NCBI GenBank assembly: GCA_030647435.1
Contig: JAUSJX010000012.1
Location: 8,063-72,062 of the forward strand
Direction of reading: 5' to 3'
Length of the DNA: 64,000 nt
DNA from: Candidatus Rokuibacteriota bacterium
Lineage (GTDB): Bacteria > Methylomirabilota > Methylomirabilia > Rokubacteriales > CSP1-6
The stretch's first letter is position 1; every line of letters starts with the position of its first letter. The position numbers were made by a program, and so were the translations under genes. The notes beneath the pieces are model-generated. The model was not told the DNA's origin, made no database searches, and saw only the letters and a program-made list of their open reading frames with translations. Shown one piece after another: positions 51,707 through 64,000 of the stretch.

Positions 51707-53248
51707 ATGGATAAAATTTGCGTCCTGGATTTCGGCGCGCAGTACGCTCAACTGATCGCCCGCCGTGTCCGCGAGCTGTCCGTCTATTCCGAGATCGTCC
51801 CCTGCACGGAGCCCGTGGAGAAGCTGCTGGCCGCCGGCTACAAGGGGATCATTCTCTCGGGCGGCCCATCGAGCGTCTACGACGACGGCGCCCCGCTGCC
51901 CGACAAGCGCCTCTTCGAGGCCGGCATCCCCATTCTCGGCATCTGCTACGGCATGCAGGCCATGGGCTACCTCCTCGGTGGAGAGGTCGTGCCGGCGGAG
52001 CGGCGCGAGTACGGCCCGGCGGACTTCCTGCTCGAGGCCGGCGGAGGGCTGCTGGACGGGATGCGGCCTTCGGCGGCCGGCCGCGTCCGGGTGTGGATGA
52101 GCCACGGGGATACCGTGATGAAGCCGCCCCAGGGCTTCGTGCGGCTCGGTTCCACCGACAACTGTCCCGTGGCGGCCATGGCGGATGCCGACCGCAAGCT
52201 CTACGGCGTCCAGTTCCACCCTGAGGTGGCGCACACGGACCAAGGCAAGACGGTGCTCCGGAACTTCCTCGCGGCATGCGGCGCCAAGGGCGACTGGTCC
52301 ATGGCCTCCTTCATCGACACGGAGGTGGCGGCGATCCGGAAGACCGTGGGGCGGGACCGTGTCCTGTGCGCGCTCTCGGGAGGCGTGGACTCCTCGGTGG
52401 TCGCGGTACTCCTCCACAAGGCCATAGGGGAGCAGCTGACCTGCCTCTTCGTGGACAACGGTGTCCTGAGACATGGCGAGGTCGAGTCCGTCGTCTCCAC
52501 GTTCAAAGATGCCTTCAAGATCAATCTCATCCATGTAGATGCAAGCAAACGATTTCTTGACCGTTTACACGGCGTCACGGATCCGGAGATCAAGCGCAAG
52601 CGCATCGGGAACGAGTTCATCGCCGTCTTCGAGGAGGAGGCGCGGAAGCTCGGCGAGATCCCTTGGCTCGCGCAGGGCACGCTGTATCCCGACGTCATCG
52701 AGTCGGTGTCCTTCAAGGGGCCCTCGGCCACCATCAAGACGCACCACAACGTGGGCGGGCTTCCCCCCGACATGAAGTTCAAGCTCATCGAGCCGCTCCG
52801 TGAGCTCTTCAAGGACGAGGTCAGGGAACTGGGCGGCCTGCTCGGGTTGCCGGGGGAGATCATCTGGCGCCAGCCCTTCCCGGGGCCGGGGCTCGCAATT
52901 CGCGTGCTGGGCGAGGTGAGCGAAGAGCGCCTCACCGTCCTCCGCGAGGCCGACGCGATCGTGCAAGAGGAAGTCCGGCGCGCCGGGCTCGAGCGCGAGG
53001 TCTGGCAGGCGTTCGCCGTGCTGCTGCCGGTGCGGACCGTCGGGGTCATGGGCGACTTCCGCACGTACGCCCAGGTCATCGCGCTCCGGGCGGTGACCAG
53101 CCAGGACGCCATGACGGCGGATTGGGCGCGGCTGCCCTACGAGCTGCTCGCCCGCATCTCCTCGCGGGTCATCAACGAGGTCAAGGGCGTCAACCGCGTC
53201 GTCTACGACATCTCCTCCAAGCCCCCCAGCACCATCGAATGGGAGTAA
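51707..53248 (+). CDS. guaA: GMP synthase (glutamine-hydrolysing)
   Basis: GATase ICYGMQ; PP-loop SGGVDSSV; C-terminal IEWE. Confidence 0.97.
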   Translation: MDKICVLDFGAQYAQLIARRVRELSVYSEIVPCTEPVEKLLAAGYKGIILSGGPSSVYDDGAPLPDKRLFEAGIPILGICYGMQAMGYLLGGEVVPAERREYGPADFLLEAGGGLLDGMRPSAAGRVRVWMSHGDTVMKPPQGFVRLGSTDNCPVAAMADADRKLYGVQFHPEVAHTDQGKTVLRNFLAACGAKGDWSMASFIDTEVAAIRKTVGRDRVLCALSGGVDSSVVAVLLHKAIGEQLTCLFVDNGVLRHGEVESVVSTFKDAFKINLIHVDASKRFLDRLHGVTDPEIKRKRIGNEFIAVFEEEARKLGEIPWLAQGTLYPDVIESVSFKGPSATIKTHHNVGGLPPDMKFKLIEPLRELFKDEVRELGGLLGLPGEIIWRQPFPGPGLAIRVLGEVSEERLTVLREADAIVQEEVRRAGLEREVWQAFAVLLPVRTVGVMGDFRTYAQVIALRAVTSQDAMTADWARLPYELLARISSRVINEVKGVNRVVYDISSKPPSTIEWE

Positions 53249-56200
53249 GAGACTCCGCAAAGGCCGGCGCACCGCGCGCCGACTTCGTTCACCTCCACGT
53301 CCACTCGGAGTACAGCCTTCTCGACGGCGCGGCCCAGCTCGAGAAGGTCGAGCGGGTGGACGGGCAGGGGAAGAAGGAGAAGGACGTCGGCCTCATCGCG
53401 CGGGCCGCCGAGCTCGGCTTCCCGGCCCTCGCCCTGACCGACCACGGCAACCTGTTCGGCGCCATCGACTTCTACACGGCCTGCAAGAGCGCCGGCGTCA
53501 AGCCCATCGTCGGCTGCGAGCTCTACGTGGCGCCCGGCAGCCGCTTCGAGCGGTCGGGGCAGGACGGCGGCTACGAGGGCGCGAGCCACGCGACGGTGCT
53601 GGTCAGGAACGAGGCGGGTTACCGCAACCTGATCAGGCTCGTCTCCAAGGCCTACCTCGAGGGCTTCTACTACAAGCCGCGCGTGGACCGCGAGCTGCTG
53701 GCTCAGCACTCGGACGGCCTGCTGGTCCTCTCGGGCTGCCTGAACTCCGAGGTGAGCCGCCTGCTCTCGGCCGGGGAGGACGCCAAGGCCCGCGAGACGG
53801 CCGGCTGGTACCAGGAGGTCTTCGGCAAGGACTTCTACTTCATGGAGGTCCAGTCGCATGGGATAGAAGAGCAGTCGCGGGTGACCGAAGGTACGGTCAA
53901 GATCGCCGGGGAGCTGGGCGCGCCGCTCTGCGGCACCAACGATTCGCATTACGTTGACGCAGGCGCCGCGAAGGCCCACGAGGCGCTGCTCTGCATCCAG
54001 ACGGGGTCGAGCATGAGCGACCCGAACCGGTGGCGCTTCTCGACCGAGGAGTTCTACCTCAAGTCAGCCGACGAGATGCGCGCCGTCTTCAAGGACCTGC
54101 CGGAAGCCTATCGCAATACGCTCGCCGTCGCCGAGCGCTGCGACCTGGAGCTCGCCTTCGGGCAGTTCCACCTGCCGAAGTACGACGTGCCGGCCGGCCA
54201 CACGCTCGACTCCTACCTCGAGCACCTGGCCTTCGAGGGACTCACGCGGCGCTACGGCGGATCGCCCGCCGACGCCGTGGTAGAGCGGCTCCGCTACGAG
54301 CTCTCGATCGTGTCCAAGATGGGCTTCTCGGGCTACTTCCTCGTCGTGTGGGACTTCATCACATTCGCGCGGCGGCAGGGCATCGCGGTCGGCCCCGGGC
54401 GCGGCTCGTCCGCGGGGTCGCTCGTCGCCTACTGTCTCGGCATTACCAACGTCGACCCGGTGGGCTACGGGCTCCTGTTCGAGCGCTTTCTCAACCCCGA
54501 GCGCGTCTCCATGCCCGACATGGACATCGACTTCGCCGACGACCGTCGTGACGAGGTGATCCGCTACGTCGCGGAGCGCTACGGCTCGGATCGGGTCGCC
54601 CACATCATTACGTTCGGCACGATGGGCGCCAAGGCGGTGATCCGTGACGTCGCGCGGGTGATGGGGTTCTCCTTCGGCGAGGCCGATCGGATCGCGAAGC
54701 TGGTACCTGCTTTCCCCCTCAACATCACCCTGGACGAGGCGCTCGAGAAGGTGCCGGCGCTGGCCGAGCAGGTCAAGCGCGACCCGCGCGTGGGAGAGCT
54801 CTGGGCCGTGGCGCGGACCCTCGAGGGGTGCACGCGGCACGCCTCGGTCCACGCCTCGGCCGTGGTCATCTCGGACGAGCCGCTGATGGAGCGGGTGCCG
54901 CTCTACAAGGATCCGAAGCGGCCCGAGCTGATCACCGGTTTCGCGATGGGCCCCATCGAGAAGCTGGGCCTGCTGAAGATGGATTTCCTCGGTCTCCGCA
55001 CGCTTACCGTGATCGCGGACGCGGTTCGGCTCGTCAAGGAGTCCAAGGGCCTCCAGCTCGACCCCGAGGCGCTGCCCCTCGACGACGCGCGGGCCTACCA
55101 GATCCTCTCGGAGGCCAGGACGTTCGGCGTCTTCCAGCTGGAATCCGCAGGGATGCGGGACGCGCTCAAGAGCCTCAAGCCCACGCGGATCCAGGACATC
55201 ATCGCGATGGTCGCGCTCTACCGCCCCGGGCCGATGGAGCTCATCCCTGAATTCATCGACCGCAAGCACGGCCGCAAGCCGATCACCTATGAACACCCGC
55301 TCATGGAGAAGCACCTCCGGGAGACGTACGGGATCATGGTCTACCAGGAGCAGGTCATGGGGCTCGCGGCCGAGCTCGCGGGCTTCACCCTCGGCGAGGC
55401 CGACACGCTCCGGAAGGCCATGGGCAAGAAGGACCGCGAGCTCATGGCCGCGCAGAAGGCGAAGTTCCTCGTGGGCTGCCGCGCCAACGAGATCGACGGG
55501 CGCAAGGCCGAACGGGTCTGGGACCTCATCGAGAAGTTCGCCGGCTACGGCTTCAACAAGTCGCACGCGGCCTGCTACGGGCTCGTCGCCTACCAGACCG
55601 CGTACCTCAAGGCCAACCATCCCGTCGAGTTCATGGCCGCCCTGCTCACGTCCGAAATGGAGAAGACGGACAAGATCGTCCAGTACATGGAGGAGTGCCG
55701 GAGCATGGGGCTGCGGGTCGAGGCCCCCGATGTCAATGTCTCAGGGGCGCGCTTCACCGTGGTGGGCGAGACGATCCCCTTCGGCCTGGCCGCCATAAAG
55801 AACGTCGGCGGGTTGGCCATCGAGTCCATCGTCAAGACCCGGAACGAGGCGGGGCGCTTTTCATCGCTCGGCGACTTTTGCGCCCGCGTCGATCTCAGGC
55901 TCGTGAACCGCCGGGTGGTGGAGAGCCTCATCAAGGCCGGCGCGTTCGACTCGCTCGGCGGCACGCGGGCTGGGCTCCTCTCGAGCCTCGACCAGGCCAT
56001 GGAAGCCGGTCAGCGCAGCCAGCGGGACCGCGACGAGGGACAAGGCTCGCTCTTCGAAGGCCCGCTCTTCGAAGGATCGTCCAGTCCGAGGCAAGCGGCC
56101 GCCGCGACCCCGCTCGCCGCCGTCGCGCAGGTGCCCGAGTGGCCGAGGGAGGAGCTGCTGGCGGCCGAGAAGGAGGTGCTGGGTTTCTACCTAACCGGCC

Positions 56201-56886
56201 ACCCACTCGACGACTACCGCGACCTCGCTGCTCGGCTCAAGACCGTGTCGGCCCTCGAGCTGGCGGCGCGGCCCGCGGCCTCCCGGGTGCTCCTGCTGGG
56301 CCTGGTCGGCGCGCTGACGGAGAACGCGACCAAGAGCGGCAACCGCATGGCCTTCGCCACGCTGGAGCTGGTGGACGGCTCGGTGCCGCTGACGGTCTTC
56401 CCCGAGCCCTATCGTGCCTGCTCCGTCGCGTTGAGACATCGGGGCCCCGTGCTGGTGCGCGGCCGTATCGACGACAGCGACAAGGGGCGCGTCGTGCTGG
56501 CCGAGGAAGTCAAGCCACTCGACGAGGCTACGATCGCCGGCGCGCGGGCGGGGGAGAACGGCGGGACCACAGCCCGCAATGGGTCGGACGCGGGGCCGTC
56601 GGCTGTCAGGGGGGCCGATGAAGCGGCGCACACCTGTAGAATTCGCGTGCACGCGGGTCCCGGTGGCCCCCCCGGCGTTCCCGATGAGACGTTCGCTTCC
56701 GTCCGCTCAATCTGCGAGGCGCACCCGGGGCCCACGCCGGTGTTCGTGCACGTGCTGCTGGCGGACCAGGAGGTCGTGGTGCGCGCCAAGGGGCTGTCGG
56801 TCGCGCCGGAGCCGGAGCTGGTGGCGAAAATCGAAAGCCTGCTCGGGCCGGGCAGTATACTCGTCGAGTATGCCGGAAGAGCTTGA
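53239..56886 (+). CDS. dnaE: DNA polymerase III alpha subunit
   Basis: PHP domain [16 protein letters not shown]; polymerase core; OB fold; ATG overlaps the guaA 3' end by 10 nt. Confidence 0.95.
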   Translation: MGVRDSAKAGAPRADFVHLHVHSEYSLLDGAAQLEKVERVDGQGKKEKDVGLIARAAELGFPALALTDHGNLFGAIDFYTACKSAGVKPIVGCELYVAPGSRFERSGQDGGYEGASHATVLVRNEAGYRNLIRLVSKAYLEGFYYKPRVDRELLAQHSDGLLVLSGCLNSEVSRLLSAGEDAKARETAGWYQEVFGKDFYFMEVQSHGIEEQSRVTEGTVKIAGELGAPLCGTNDSHYVDAGAAKAHEALLCIQTGSSMSDPNRWRFSTEEFYLKSADEMRAVFKDLPEAYRNTLAVAERCDLELAFGQFHLPKYDVPAGHTLDSYLEHLAFEGLTRRYGGSPADAVVERLRYELSIVSKMGFSGYFLVVWDFITFARRQGIAVGPGRGSSAGSLVAYCLGITNVDPVGYGLLFERFLNPERVSMPDMDIDFADDRRDEVIRYVAERYGSDRVAHIITFGTMGAKAVIRDVARVMGFSFGEADRIAKLVPAFPLNITLDEALEKVPALAEQVKRDPRVGELWAVARTLEGCTRHASVHASAVVISDEPLMERVPLYKDPKRPELITGFAMGPIEKLGLLKMDFLGLRTLTVIADAVRLVKESKGLQLDPEALPLDDARAYQILSEARTFGVFQLESAGMRDALKSLKPTRIQDIIAMVALYRPGPMELIPEFIDRKHGRKPITYEHPLMEKHLRETYGIMVYQEQVMGLAAELAGFTLGEADTLRKAMGKKDRELMAAQKAKFLVGCRANEIDGRKAERVWDLIEKFAGYGFNKSHAACYGLVAYQTAYLKANHPVEFMAALLTSEMEKTDKIVQYMEECRSMGLRVEAPDVNVSGARFTVVGETIPFGLAAIKNVGGLAIESIVKTRNEAGRFSSLGDFCARVDLRLVNRRVVESLIKAGAFDSLGGTRAGLLSSLDQAMEAGQRSQRDRDEGQGSLFEGPLFEGSSSPRQAAAATPLAAVAQVPEWPREELLAAEKEVLGFYLTGHPLDDYRDLAARLKTVSALELAARPAASRVLLLGLVGALTENATKSGNRMAFATLELVDGSVPLTVFPEPYRACSVALRHRGPVLVRGRIDDSDKGRVVLAEEVKPLDEATIAGARAGENGGTTARNGSDAGPSAVRGADEAAHTCRIRVHAGPGGPPGVPDETFASVRSICEAHPGPTPVFVHVLLADQEVVVRAKGLSVAPEPELVAKIESLLGPGSILVEYAGRA

Positions 56887-57823
56887 GTTCGAGCGGCCGC
56901 TCCTGGAGCTCGAGAACCGTATCGCAGAGCTCCGCGCCTCGGACGACGCGCAGGCCGCGCGCGACGAGATCGGCCGTCTCGATGAGCGCCTGAAGCGCCT
57001 CCAGCAGAAGGTCTACGGCGGCCTGACCCCGTGGCAGCGGGCCCAGCTCGCCCGGCATCCGAAGCGGCCCCACACGCTCGACCTGTTCCGCCTTCTCCTC
57101 GAGGATTTCGTCGAGCTGCACGGAGATCGCGTCTTCGGCGACGACAAGGCCATCGTGGGTGGGCTCGCGCGCTTCGAGGGCGACCCGGTCGTGGCCATCG
57201 GCCATCAGAAGGGGCGCGACACCCGGGAGAACATCGCGCGCAACTTCGGCATGCCGCACCCCGAGGGATACCGCAAGGCCCTGCGCCTCATGGAGCTCGG
57301 GGCCAAGTTCCGCAAGCCCATCATCACGTTCATCGACACGCCCGGCGCTTACCCGGGGCTCGGCGCGGAAGAGCGCGGCCAGGCCGAAGCCATCGCGCGC
57401 AACTTGAGAGAGATGGCCGGCTTGGGCACACCGATCGTCTGCGTCGTGACGGGCGAAGGGGGGAGCGGCGGGGCCCTCGCCATCGGCGTGGCGAATCGCG
57501 TCCTGATGCTCGAGCACGCGATCTACTCCGTCATCTCCCCCGAGGGCTGCGCGGCCATCCTCTGGGGCGAGGCCACGAAAGCGCCCGAGGCCGCGGCGCT
57601 CATGCGCATCACGGCGCCAGATCTGCTCAAGCTCGGTGTCATCGACGGCATCGTGCCCGAGCCGACCGGCGGCGCCCACCGGAACTGGGAGGGGACGGCC
57701 GAGAACCTCCGCGGCCCGCTCCGGGACGCCCTCTGGGAGCTCCGCTCGCGCACGCCCGAGGAGCTGGTCGCCGAGCGCTACGAGAAGTTCCGCAAGATCG
57801 GCGTGTTCGAGGAGAGCGCCTGA
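56870..57823 (+). CDS. accA: Acetyl-CoA carboxylase carboxyltransferase alpha subunit
   Basis: [11 protein letters not shown]...; conserved dnaE-accA adjacency; overlaps the dnaE end by 17 nt. Confidence 0.93.
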   Translation: MPEELEFERPLLELENRIAELRASDDAQAARDEIGRLDERLKRLQQKVYGGLTPWQRAQLARHPKRPHTLDLFRLLLEDFVELHGDRVFGDDKAIVGGLARFEGDPVVAIGHQKGRDTRENIARNFGMPHPEGYRKALRLMELGAKFRKPIITFIDTPGAYPGLGAEERGQAEAIARNLREMAGLGTPIVCVVTGEGGSGGALAIGVANRVLMLEHAIYSVISPEGCAAILWGEATKAPEAAALMRITAPDLLKLGVIDGIVPEPTGGAHRNWEGTAENLRGPLRDALWELRSRTPEELVAERYEKFRKIGVFEESA

Positions 57824-57880
57824 CCGCGCTCGCTGTTTGACAGGCTAAGGCGCCGATGCTAACGTAAATGCCGATCTTTT

Positions 57881-59254
<1,374 letters not shown>

Positions 59255-59268
59255 GGGAGGGGAAGCCC

Positions 59269-59802
59269 ATGTGGCTCGAGATGAAGGTCAAGGGGCTGGC
59301 GCTGGACCCTCTCTCCAACATGCCGATCATCATCCTGCGCGACGAGGAGGAGAAGCGCTCGCTGCCCATCTGGGTCGGCCTCTTCGAGGCCAACGCCATC
59401 GCGCTCGAGCTCGAGAAGATCTCGACGGCGCGGCCCATGACGCACGACCTGATCAAAAACATCCTCGAGGCGCTCGACGCCCGCGTGGTCAAGGTCGAGG
59501 TCAACGACCTCCGGGAGAACACCTTCTTCGCGGTCATCCACCTCCAGCTGGGATCGGCCGAGATCACCGTGGACTCGCGCCCGTCGGACGCCATCGCGCT
59601 CGCGCTCAGGGTGTCGGCCCCGATCTTCGTGGACGAGGAAGTCGTGGCCAAGGCCAAGAATGTCGAGGTCGCCAAGGAGCAGGAGCTCGGCGGCAGCAAG
59701 ACCGACGACCAGGCGAAGATCAAGGAATGGCTCGATTCCATCAAGCCGGGAGACTTCGGCAAGATCGAGCGCGGCCGTGATCCCAACGCTCCGGATGACT
59801 AG
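59269..59802 (+). CDS. Bifunctional nuclease (BFN/DUF151) domain protein
   Basis: LPIWVGLFEANAIALEL...RPMTHDL is a typical DUF151 core; acidic C-terminal tail. Confidence 0.6.
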   Translation: MWLEMKVKGLALDPLSNMPIIILRDEEEKRSLPIWVGLFEANAIALELEKISTARPMTHDLIKNILEALDARVVKVEVNDLRENTFFAVIHLQLGSAEITVDSRPSDAIALALRVSAPIFVDEEVVAKAKNVEVAKEQELGGSKTDDQAKIKEWLDSIKPGDFGKIERGRDPNAPDD

Positions 59803-59805
59803 CGG

Positions 59806-60954
59806 ATGCGCATCGGCCTGTTCACGAACAACTATCTGCCGTTCCGCGGGGGTGTCACCACCGCGGTAGAGACGCTGCGGCAGGGGCTCGAGGCGCAGGG
59901 ACATCGGGCCTGGGTCTTCGCGCCCGCGTCGAGCGCGCCCCACGACGATCCCGCCTTTGTCTTCCGCTACCCCTCGGTGCCCGCGCCGACCTATCCGGGC
60001 TTCGCCCTGCCGCTGCCCTTCTCGAGGCGCTGGAGCCGCGCGGCGCTGGAGCTCGACCTCGACATCTTCCACGCCCAGCATCCGTTCCTCCTCGGCGTGA
60101 CGGCTCGTCGACTCGCCCGCTCCCAAGGCCGCCCGCTCGTCTTCACCTACCACACCCGCTACGAGAAGTACGCCCACTACGTGCCGCTCCCGGAGTCCCT
60201 GGTCGCCTCGCTCGCGGTCAGGCTCGCCTCCCGCTTCGCCAGCTCCGCGGATCTCGTGATCGCCCCCTCGGCCGGGATCGCCGAGAGCCTCGCGGACCTC
60301 GGCGTGCGCGCGCCGATCGCCGTCGTGCCTACGGGGGTGCCGCTCGAGCTGTTCCGTCCGGGTGATCGGGGGGAGGCGAGGCGAGCTCTCGGCCTGGACG
60401 AGGACGCCCCGCTGTGCCTCTACGTCGGCCGCCTGGATCGCGAGAAGAGCGTGGAGCGCGTGATCGACGCCTTCGGCTCCATCGCCCTGGCCGTGTCGGG
60501 GGCGCGGCTCCTTCTCGTGGGGCAGGGAAGCCACGAGGCGGCCCTCAAGCGCCTGGCCGCGGCAAGCCCTGCGCGCTCCGCCATCCGTTTCGCCGGCTCG
60601 GTCGCCCGGGAAGAGCTGCCGCCGTACTACCAGGCGGCCGACCTCTTCCTCTTCTCCTCCGAGACCGAGACCCAGGGTCTCGTGCTGGCCGAGGCGCACG
60701 CCTGCGGGCTGCCCTCCGTCGCGGTCCGCGCCTCGGGCGTCGACGAGGTCGTGAGGGATGGAGAGACCGGTCTTCTGACGAAGGCCGATGTCGAAGAGCT
60801 GGCCGACGCGGCCATCGGACTCCTGCTGGACGCTCCCCGGCGAAGCGCCATGGCGCTCGCCGCGCGCGCTCTCGCGGCGAGCGATTTCTCCGCGGCGCGC
60901 CAGGTCGAGGTCATGGCCGGGCACTACCGGCGTCTCCTGGGCGGTTCCGCGTGA
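59806..60954 (+). CDS. Glycosyltransferase family 4 (GT-B fold, group 1)
   Basis: MRIGLFTNNYLPFRGGV N-terminus; C-terminal EX7E-type region ETQGLVLAEAHACGLPSV. Confidence 0.8.
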   Translation: MRIGLFTNNYLPFRGGVTTAVETLRQGLEAQGHRAWVFAPASSAPHDDPAFVFRYPSVPAPTYPGFALPLPFSRRWSRAALELDLDIFHAQHPFLLGVTARRLARSQGRPLVFTYHTRYEKYAHYVPLPESLVASLAVRLASRFASSADLVIAPSAGIAESLADLGVRAPIAVVPTGVPLELFRPGDRGEARRALGLDEDAPLCLYVGRLDREKSVERVIDAFGSIALAVSGARLLLVGQGSHEAALKRLAAASPARSAIRFAGSVAREELPPYYQAADLFLFSSETETQGLVLAEAHACGLPSVAVRASGVDEVVRDGETGLLTKADVEELADAAIGLLLDAPRRSAMALAARALAASDFSAARQVEVMAGHYRRLLGGSA

Positions 60955-61226
60955 GCCCGGCGGGCGTGTCCGGGCGGTGGCTCCGGGCCGCGTTCCAGCC
61001 CGCATGGGATCCTGGGGCCGGGGACGCGGGACGACGCGGGTTCATGGCGCCCGACCCCCGGGCGCGGACGCTGCTGCGGGTGCTGGTCTCGTACCCGGAG
61101 GTGCGCTACGTCCTCCCGGACCGCGTGGGCCTCCAGGCCGGGACCGACGCCCGCCTGATCGAGACCTTGATGCGCTTCCTGGGGCGCCAGGGATGGCTCA
61201 TCACGCGCGTGACGTCCTCCGGTTGA
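60951..61226 (+). CDS. Small hypothetical protein (91 aa), possibly a winged-helix-like domain
   Basis: GTG start overlapping the GT4 stop; LLRVLVSYPEVRYVLPDRVGL...ARLIETLMRFLGRQGWL resembles wHTH recognition/wing segments; weak. Confidence 0.3.
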   Translation: MSPAGVSGRWLRAAFQPAWDPGAGDAGRRGFMAPDPRARTLLRVLVSYPEVRYVLPDRVGLQAGTDARLIETLMRFLGRQGWLITRVTSSG

Positions 61227-61391
61227 GACTCAGGTCGTGATCTGGAACCCGGGGGTCGTCGCCCTGTCGCTTCGGGTAGGGGAGCTGCTCCGTGCCCACC
61301 TGGGCCTCAACCCCGAAGTCGCCATCGTGCCGCCCAAGACCATTCCCCGCAGCGAGGGGAAGGCGGTGCGGGTCGTGGAAAGGAGCTGACC

Positions 61392-62222
61392 ATGAGCCGG
61401 CGCGTCACGGAAGCGGAGCTTCTCGCACGGATCGAGCGCGGCGAGCGCATCGAGTCGACCGAGGAGATGACGGACGGGTACCGGCAGAGTCTGGTGCACC
61501 TCATGACCATGCAGGCCGACTCCGAGCTCGCGGGCGGCTACGGCTACGTGCCATGGATCATGAAGGCGCCTGGGGTGGACGAGAAGCACGTCGTCGCGCA
61601 GATCGTCAAGGACGAGCACCGGCACGCCGCCGTCATGTACGGGCTCCTCGGCGACCTTGGAGTGGACGTGGACGCCCACGTGCGAGCCCACGACGAAGCC
61701 TTCGCCATGCGCATCGACGCGTCGGCCGATGACATCGGCACGGCTCGGATCGGCGCCGACAAGCGCGTGAACATCTTCTACTACCCGATCGACACGTGGG
61801 CCGACTTCATCTTCTTCAACTTCTGCATGGACAGAGGGGCGGGTCACCAGCTGGAAGACGTGCGGCAGTGCTCCTACGGCCCGTGGGCGCGAGCCATCGA
61901 GGGCATTTTCAAGGAGGAGAAGTTCCACATCCGCCACGGCGAGTACTGGGTCACGAAGCTCGGCGGGGACCCCGCCACGCGGGCTGAGGCGCAGGCGACG
62001 CTCAACAAGTGGTTCATCCGCACGATGAACATTTTCGGCCGGCCCGGCTCGCCCAAGAACGCCCTCTACCGGAAGTACAAGCTCAAGGTCCGGGACAACG
62101 ATGAGGTTCGCCAGGCCTTCGCGGCCGAGGTCAAGGAGAAGGCTTTAGCAGTGGGCCTCACGGTGCCCGAGTGGATCCCGGTCTGGGACCGGCTGCCCGA
62201 AGAGGCCCAGATCCCCGGGTAG
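61392..62222 (+). CDS. PaaA-family ferritin-like di-iron oxygenase (1,2-phenylacetyl-CoA epoxidase subunit A-like), standalone
   Basis: Aligns by eye to E. coli PaaA: YRQSLVHLMTMQADSEL; KDEHRH (ExxH); NIFYYPIDTWADF; CSYGPWARAIEGIFKEEKFHIRHGE (second ExxH). Confidence 0.7.
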   Translation: MSRRVTEAELLARIERGERIESTEEMTDGYRQSLVHLMTMQADSELAGGYGYVPWIMKAPGVDEKHVVAQIVKDEHRHAAVMYGLLGDLGVDVDAHVRAHDEAFAMRIDASADDIGTARIGADKRVNIFYYPIDTWADFIFFNFCMDRGAGHQLEDVRQCSYGPWARAIEGIFKEEKFHIRHGEYWVTKLGGDPATRAEAQATLNKWFIRTMNIFGRPGSPKNALYRKYKLKVRDNDEVRQAFAAEVKEKALAVGLTVPEWIPVWDRLPEEAQIPG

Positions 62223-62227
62223 GGACC

Positions 62228-62869
62228 ATGCCCCGCGTCGCGGCCTTACTCCTCGCCACGAGTCTCCTGGCGTGCGCCGTTCCTGGCGAGTGCCAGACGG
62301 GCCGCCAGGTGAAGGTTGTCCTCGAGTTCCAGCAGCAGGGGCAGGACAGTCGCCAGGGCGCACAGGGTCACGGCGGGGTCATCATCCAGGACGGCAAGGC
62401 GCGGGGCCGCGGCGGTGTCGCCCTTCAGGACACGACGACGCGGACCACGAGGAGCGAGGGCATCTTCACGATCGTCCAGGACGGCGGCACGGCGAGCATG
62501 CTGGTGGCGAGCGAGGTGCCGGTCACCGTGGTCGGGTGGTTCCGCGACTACGCGACGGGGCAGGGGTACGCGGCGCAGGGGACGGCCTGGCAGCGGGTGG
62601 GCACCACCCTCGTTGTGAGCCCGACCATCCTGCCCAACGGGCAGATCCGCGTCCGCCTCATTCCACAGGTAAGCTACTTCTCGCCGCAGGGTGACGGCAG
62701 CATCGAGTTCAACGAGGCGGCGACGGAGGTGATCGTGCCCAACGGCCGCGCGATGCGGATCGGCGGCGCCACGCGCGGCATCAACCAGGTGACGCGCCAG
62801 ATCCTCGGCTACCGCGGGCAGCAGGCCTCGAGCGAGTCGAGCTTCATCCTCACCGCCACCATCCAGTGA
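62228..62869 (+). CDS. Hypothetical lipoprotein (213 aa); the C-terminal segment is faintly secretin-like
   Basis: Lipobox LLAC; TEVIVPNGRAMRIGGATRG...ILGYRG. Confidence 0.5.
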   Translation: MPRVAALLLATSLLACAVPGECQTGRQVKVVLEFQQQGQDSRQGAQGHGGVIIQDGKARGRGGVALQDTTTRTTRSEGIFTIVQDGGTASMLVASEVPVTVVGWFRDYATGQGYAAQGTAWQRVGTTLVVSPTILPNGQIRVRLIPQVSYFSPQGDGSIEFNEAATEVIVPNGRAMRIGGATRGINQVTRQILGYRGQQASSESSFILTATIQ

Positions 62870-63306
62870 CATCGTTCCCCGAGGACTCCTCCGTCCCGGC
62901 GGAACTCAGGACCCGGATCCAGGACGACCCCTGGACCCGCGCGCTCGGCGTACAGTTCCTGGCCCTGGGCCGTGGCTTCTGCCGCCTGGGGCTGACCGTG
63001 CAGCCCCACATGGTCAATTTCCAGGGCTATCCCCACGGCGGGGTCATCTTCTCCCTGGCGGACATCGCCTTCGGCGCGGCGTGCAACTCCCACGGCGAGC
63101 CCGCCGTCGCGCTCATCATGACCATCAGCTTCTTGACCGCCGTGCCGGCCGGGTCACGGCTCGTTGCCGAAGCCCGGGAGATCAAACAGGGCAGGCGGGC
63201 AGGCTTCTACCAGGTGGACGTGACGAGCGAGATGGGGGCGCTGGTGGCCCAGGTCCACTGCGTGGCCCATAGGATGCTGTCGTTGGAGGTGCCCGGCGAG
63301 GGGTGA
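62866..63306 (+). CDS. paaI: Hotdog-fold acyl-CoA thioesterase, PaaI/YdiI (4HBT) family
   Basis: GYPHGGVIFSLADIAFGAACNS is the 4HBT catalytic motif; GTG start overlapping the upstream stop. Confidence 0.7.
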   Translation: MTSFPEDSSVPAELRTRIQDDPWTRALGVQFLALGRGFCRLGLTVQPHMVNFQGYPHGGVIFSLADIAFGAACNSHGEPAVALIMTISFLTAVPAGSRLVAEAREIKQGRRAGFYQVDVTSEMGALVAQVHCVAHRMLSLEVPGEG

Positions 63307-63372
63307 TTGACATAATGCTTCTTATCAGACATTGCCTAAGGACGGCAGACGCCAAACTAGGTTCAGAATCGA

Positions 63373-64000
63373 TCAGGGCTTGGCTGGTGCCTGAAGGCTC
63401 GCTACGCGGGAGCGGATCTCCTCGGCGCGGCGAGTGTCCGGCAGGTCTTTGAGCAGGCGCTGATACGTCTCCACGGCCGCGGCCCGCTTTCCTCCGAGCT
63501 CCTGAGCGCGGGCAGCGTCGACCATGGCCTCCTCATAGAGGAAGTCCTTAGGCTTGGCGCCGCTAATCACTGATAGGTATGCCTTCTCAGCGGCATCGTA
63601 GTTCTTCTCGGCCTCCCAGCAATAGCCGATATCAAGACCGGAAAGCGCTGCCAGGCTGCCGGAGCCGGCCTTGGCGCGGGCCAGCTCGAAGCTCGAGCGG
63701 GCCTGAGGATATTGAGCAGCGCCGAAGCGGAGGCTTCCCAGGAGATAGGCAGCCTGGGCAACCGAGGACAGGCGCGGATAATCCGCGATGACGGCCTGCA
63801 GCGCCTTCTCGGCACGCTCGCGGGCGTCGGCGGCGGCACCGGGAGTCTGTGCCTGGGCCACGAGGGTCCGCGCCTGGGCGAACGCCATGCTCCCTTGGGA
63901 CTCGTAGCGGCTCTTCCAAGCCGACCAGCCGGCCCACCCGAGACCCACGACGATGACGGCGCCCAGGCCAAGGACGACCCAGCGAGTCCAGGGCTGCTCC
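63373..64000 (-). CDS. Membrane-anchored TPR-repeat protein. Partial: the N-terminal TM helix and start lie beyond the window end.
   Basis: TPR-like A/Y/L periodicity (AAYLLGSLRF, AEKAYLSVI); reverse translation continues past 64000 into a TM helix WVVLGLGAVIVVGLGWAGW. Confidence 0.6.
   Translation of the reverse strand, partial: EQPWTRWVVLGLGAVIVVGLGWAGWSAWKSRYESQGSMAFAQARTLVAQAQTPGAAADARERAEKALQAVIADYPRLSSVAQAAYLLGSLRFGAAQYPQARSSFELARAKAGSGSLAALSGLDIGYCWEAEKNYDAAEKAYLSVISGAKPKDFLYEEAMVDAARAQELGGKRAAAVETYQRLLKDLPDTRRAEEIRSRVASLQAPAKP

Overview
This 64-kb window is high-GC (about 68-70% by eye), gene-dense chromosomal DNA from a diderm (LPS-producing) bacterium. Almost all genes are on the + strand and most are housekeeping. 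In order, the identifiable content is as follows. A class II (B12-dependent) ribonucleotide reductase, NrdJ, is interrupted by a 410-aa intein carrying a LAGLIDADG homing-endonuclease domain. Next come an NCS2/AzgA-like permease, an FprA-type ferredoxin-NADP reductase (minus strand) and a mono-haem cytochrome c. A GAF-containing hybrid histidine kinase/receiver has its phospho-acceptor His replaced by Asn, and is followed by a short Ppx/GppA phosphatase. An HNH endonuclease precedes uvrB and uvrC, then leuS-lptE-holA and a neutral-ceramidase-family protein. rpsT (minus strand) lies divergent from murJ, followed by xerD, a CBS-fused CCA/poly(A)-polymerase-family nucleotidyltransferase, and the classic pyrG-kdsA-kdsD-kdsC-lptC-lptA-lptB-rpoN-rapZ cluster; hpf and ptsN are absent from this cluster. 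A GH57 glucan-active enzyme is start/stop-coupled to rapZ. metK and ahcY follow, then a large UPF0182-like membrane protein. LptF and LptG (minus strand) are encoded in one uninterrupted reading frame. The remainder is valS-birA-coaX, a CBS-less IMPDH-family protein, guaA, dnaE, accA and miaB. The final stretch is a small cluster of a bifunctional-nuclease-domain protein, a GT4 glycosyltransferase, a small wHTH-like ORF, a standalone PaaA-family di-iron protein, a lipoprotein, a PaaI/hotdog thioesterase, and a convergent TPR protein. No rRNA, tRNA, CRISPR array, transposase or prophage gene was recognised. Notable non-coding features: short tandem repeats that carry the stop codons of nrdJ and of the ceramidase gene; a roughly 108-bp imperfect palindrome between convergent genes; paired 46-bp direct repeats in the rpsT/murJ intergenic region; a near-consensus sigma-70 promoter overlapping the coaX stop codon; and a low-GC 3' segment inside valS. 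Taxonomic placement cannot be made from sequence alone; the leuS-lptE-holA and divergent rpsT/murJ arrangements resemble Proteobacteria, but a Rokubacteria/NC10-like or deltaproteobacterial-like high-GC lineage fits equally well. All identities are based on motif-level reading of the supplied translations, not on database searches.
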